This document shows, in pieces, positions 61,439 through 64,000 of a stretch of 64,000 nt of DNA. This stretch comes from Waterburya sp. (GTDB lineage: Bacteria; Cyanobacteriota; Cyanobacteriia; Cyanobacteriales; Xenococcaceae). The DNA is taken from positions 3,712,001 to 3,776,000 of the forward strand of contig CBDCJV010000002.1 in NCBI GenBank assembly GCA_965217895.1. The letters are read 5' to 3'. The translations under genes were made by a program, and so were the position numbers. The notes under the pieces were generated by a model, which searched no databases, was not told the origin of the DNA, and was given only the letters and a program-made list of their open reading frames with translations. Positions within the stretch are counted from its first letter, which is position 1. Each line of letters begins with the position of its first letter.

Positions 61439-63598
61439 TCAACTCAGGGAGATTCCTGCGGACTGGAGTGCCATTTCCATAAAGGTGTCGTGAGTGCTGC
61501 GTGTTTCTTCGTCTTTTTTCGGTTTTCTTTGCACAAAGCTACCGTCTGGCTGTAATTCCCAGGCTTTGCGGTTGTCTGCTAACATCACTCCCAAAATTTC
61601 CTGTAGGTCTTTAAAAATTTCAGGAGATTCAATCGGCGTTACCGCTTCTACTCGACGACTCAAATTTCGAGTCATCCAGTCAGCACTACCAATATAAATC
61701 TCTTCCTTACCATTATTATGAAAATAGAAAATACGAGAATGTTCTAAAAAACGCCCAATTATACTAATTACGCGAATATTATCGCTTATTTCTGGTTTGC
61801 CAGGACACAAACAACAAATACCTCTGACAATTAAGTCTATTTCTACCCCTGCTTGAGAAGCTTTATAAAGAGCTTGGATTACCTGCTGATCGACTAGTGA
61901 GTTCATTTTAGCCACGATGCGCCCAGTTTTTCCCTGACGGCAATTTTCGGCTTCACGGTCAATCATTTCTATCATCCGTCCCCGTAAGCTAACGGGTGCA
62001 ACTAGTAACTTGCGATAAGATTTTTGCCGTGAATAACCAGTCAAGAAGTTAAATAAATCTGTTAAGTCTGCCCCCAATTCTTCTCGACAGCTTAAAAGAC
62101 CAAGATCGGTATAAATTTTTGCCGTTTTAGGATTGTAGTTTCCTGTGCCGATATGAACATAGCGACGTATTTTTTCTTTTTCTTGACGTACCACTAAGGT
62201 AATTTTGGTATGAGTTTTGAGTCCTGTTACCCCATAAACCACATGAACTCCAGACTTTTCTAATTTTCTTGCCCAAAGAATATTGTTCTCTTCATCAAAA
62301 CGTGCCTTAAGCTCAACTAAAACTACCACCTGTTTGTTATTTTGTGCCGCTGCAATTAAAGCCTTAAGAATTGGCGAGTCTCCAGAAGTACGATACAGGG
62401 TCATCTTGATCGCTAAAACGTCAGGATCGGAGGCAGCTTCAGTTATAAAACGCAAAACTGTATTGCTAAAGGAATGATAAGGATGATGAACAAAAAGATC
62501 TCCATGGCGGATGACGTTAAAAAAGTTTTGTCCATCACCGCTTTCTTCTTCTTCATTTTCTTTCAACCAGCTAAGACGGGGAGGAAGTACGGAATTCCAG
62601 GGTTCATCTTTTAGTTCAGGCAAAGGCAGTCCTAGAAAAGACATTAGATCTCCTAAACTTAGTAAACCATCGATATCATAAACATCGCTTTCTTCTAAAC
62701 CTAATTCGTGAATAATTGTCGAGCGAAGTTCAGCAGGAATAGAAGCTTCAATTTCTAACCGTACTGAAGAACCGCCAATGCGCCGTTTTTGTAGTTCTTT
62801 TTCAATCGCCAGCAGCAAATCATCTGCTTCATCTTCTTCTACAGCTAAATCGGCATTGCGAGTAACCCGAAAAGCATAAGACTCTAAAATATTCATGCCT
62901 GGAAACAAATACTCTAAATTATGGGTAACAACCTGTTCGATTGGCACCCCAGTCCAAATTCCATCTTTGCCTCGATGTTTTTGGCTTAATTCTGCGGGGA
63001 AAGTTACAAAACGGGGCAATACCTGGGGAATTTTGACTCTAGCAAACAATTCTTGCTCTAAGGAAGGATCTTTTAAGACTACAGCTAAATTTAAGCTGAG
63101 ATTAGAGATATAAGGAAAAGGATGAGAGGGATCGACCGCCAAGGGAGTTAAAACAGGAAAAATATAGTCTTCAAAAAATTGATTTATATAGGTTCTTTGT
63201 TCTTGATTTAGATCTACATAGTTAAGCAGATACACCCCAGACTTAGTTAGTTCTTTTTTTAAGACTTTTTCAAAATGCTGATGCTGTTGCTCAATCATGG
63301 GGGTAAGAGTTTCGGCGATCGCTTCTAACTGTTGTTGAGGATTGCGTCCGTCCATAGACAGCTTAGTTACTCCTGCTGCCACCTGTTTTTTTAGTGCTGC
63401 CACCCGAACCATAAAAAACTCGTCTAGGTTAGAGCTAAAAATTGCCATAAACTTAAGACGTTCAAGCAACGGTGTTCTTTTATCTAATCCTTCCGCTAAA
63501 ACCCTGCGGTTAAACTCTAGCCAGCTTAATTCTCGATTGAAATAATATTTGGGGTCGTCAAGATTAATTGCTTTATCAGCGGATTTGGTATTGGTCAT
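61439..63598 (-). CDS. ppk1: Polyphosphate kinase 1
   Basis: YFNRELSWLEFN, SNLDEFFMVRVA, HHPY, ELKARFDEE, KTHTK, RFLEHSR. Confidence 0.98.
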   Translation of the reverse strand: MTNTKSADKAINLDDPKYYFNRELSWLEFNRRVLAEGLDKRTPLLERLKFMAIFSSNLDEFFMVRVAALKKQVAAGVTKLSMDGRNPQQQLEAIAETLTPMIEQQHQHFEKVLKKELTKSGVYLLNYVDLNQEQRTYINQFFEDYIFPVLTPLAVDPSHPFPYISNLSLNLAVVLKDPSLEQELFARVKIPQVLPRFVTFPAELSQKHRGKDGIWTGVPIEQVVTHNLEYLFPGMNILESYAFRVTRNADLAVEEDEADDLLLAIEKELQKRRIGGSSVRLEIEASIPAELRSTIIHELGLEESDVYDIDGLLSLGDLMSFLGLPLPELKDEPWNSVLPPRLSWLKENEEEESGDGQNFFNVIRHGDLFVHHPYHSFSNTVLRFITEAASDPDVLAIKMTLYRTSGDSPILKALIAAAQNNKQVVVLVELKARFDEENNILWARKLEKSGVHVVYGVTGLKTHTKITLVVRQEKEKIRRYVHIGTGNYNPKTAKIYTDLGLLSCREELGADLTDLFNFLTGYSRQKSYRKLLVAPVSLRGRMIEMIDREAENCRQGKTGRIVAKMNSLVDQQVIQALYKASQAGVEIDLIVRGICCLCPGKPEISDNIRVISIIGRFLEHSRIFYFHNNGKEEIYIGSADWMTRNLSRRVEAVTPIESPEIFKDLQEILGVMLADNRKAWELQPDGSFVQRKPKKDEETRSTHDTFMEMALQSAGISLS

Positions 63599-64000
63599 TG
63601 CTCAGTGCCTTAAGAGTTTGCCAGTGTAGTCTTAAAATATTTTATACAATCTATCTTTAAAATATTGCTCAGATATAATTGCTTTATCCCTCTATAGTAA
63701 GACTTAACTTTTTAAGCTTTAGTTTAAACTTTGGTTTAAGTGGCACTAACAGTTTAGTTGGTTAACCAAAATATTTATGAGTCGGGCAAAACTTTGAAGA
63801 GGATCGATCAAGAATCTCAGACAAATATACAATATCACTAAGCTATCTATCATAGTTAATTTAACGCAATACTAGTTAATTATTTTTCCTAAAGAAAGCA
63901 GATATTTAATAACCGTAAAGCTTAATATTTATGGCAGGCATTATAATAATGAAAAAAACAATTTATATTTAAAAATTTTAACTTTTCTTATCTTATTTTT

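Noticed and set aside
2118..63545. Numerous short antisense or alternative-frame ORFs inside long genes
   Set aside because: Shadow ORFs fully overlapping well-supported genes
1..64000. CRISPR array, prophage or defence island
   Set aside because: No regularly spaced repeat-spacer array and no cas, phage structural or defence genes recognised; HIP1 abundance is normal for cyanobacteria

Overview
AT-rich cyanobacterial chromosome segment. Evidence: very frequent HIP1 octamer GCGATCGC, plus psbZ, glpX, both cyAbrB genes and a phycobiliprotein lyase. Most of it is dispersed housekeeping genes (sigB, cobD, cysH, recN, hemA, glpX, scpB, thiD, ftsQ-ftsZ, gatB, psbZ-ribH, malQ, sigH locus, tRNA-Leu(GAG), fabD, cobU, purH, tldD, ppk1). 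The most striking unexplained system is at 15.58-16.64 kb: two tandem, self-contained units. Each has a CRP-type site placed for class II activation, a TATACT -10 box, a 61-aa secreted prepropeptide ending in QWC-x9-CWDL, and its own terminator. Other notable items: an MprF-like protein with reversed domain order in a decayed island between ftsQ and gatB; two receiver-domain proteins with a C-terminal membrane anchor and no output domain; a 31-aa membrane microprotein missing from the ORF track; a HIP1-targeted in-frame insertion inside a signal peptide; and several MITE families carrying nested small repeats. All family assignments come from motif recognition by eye, not from database searches.
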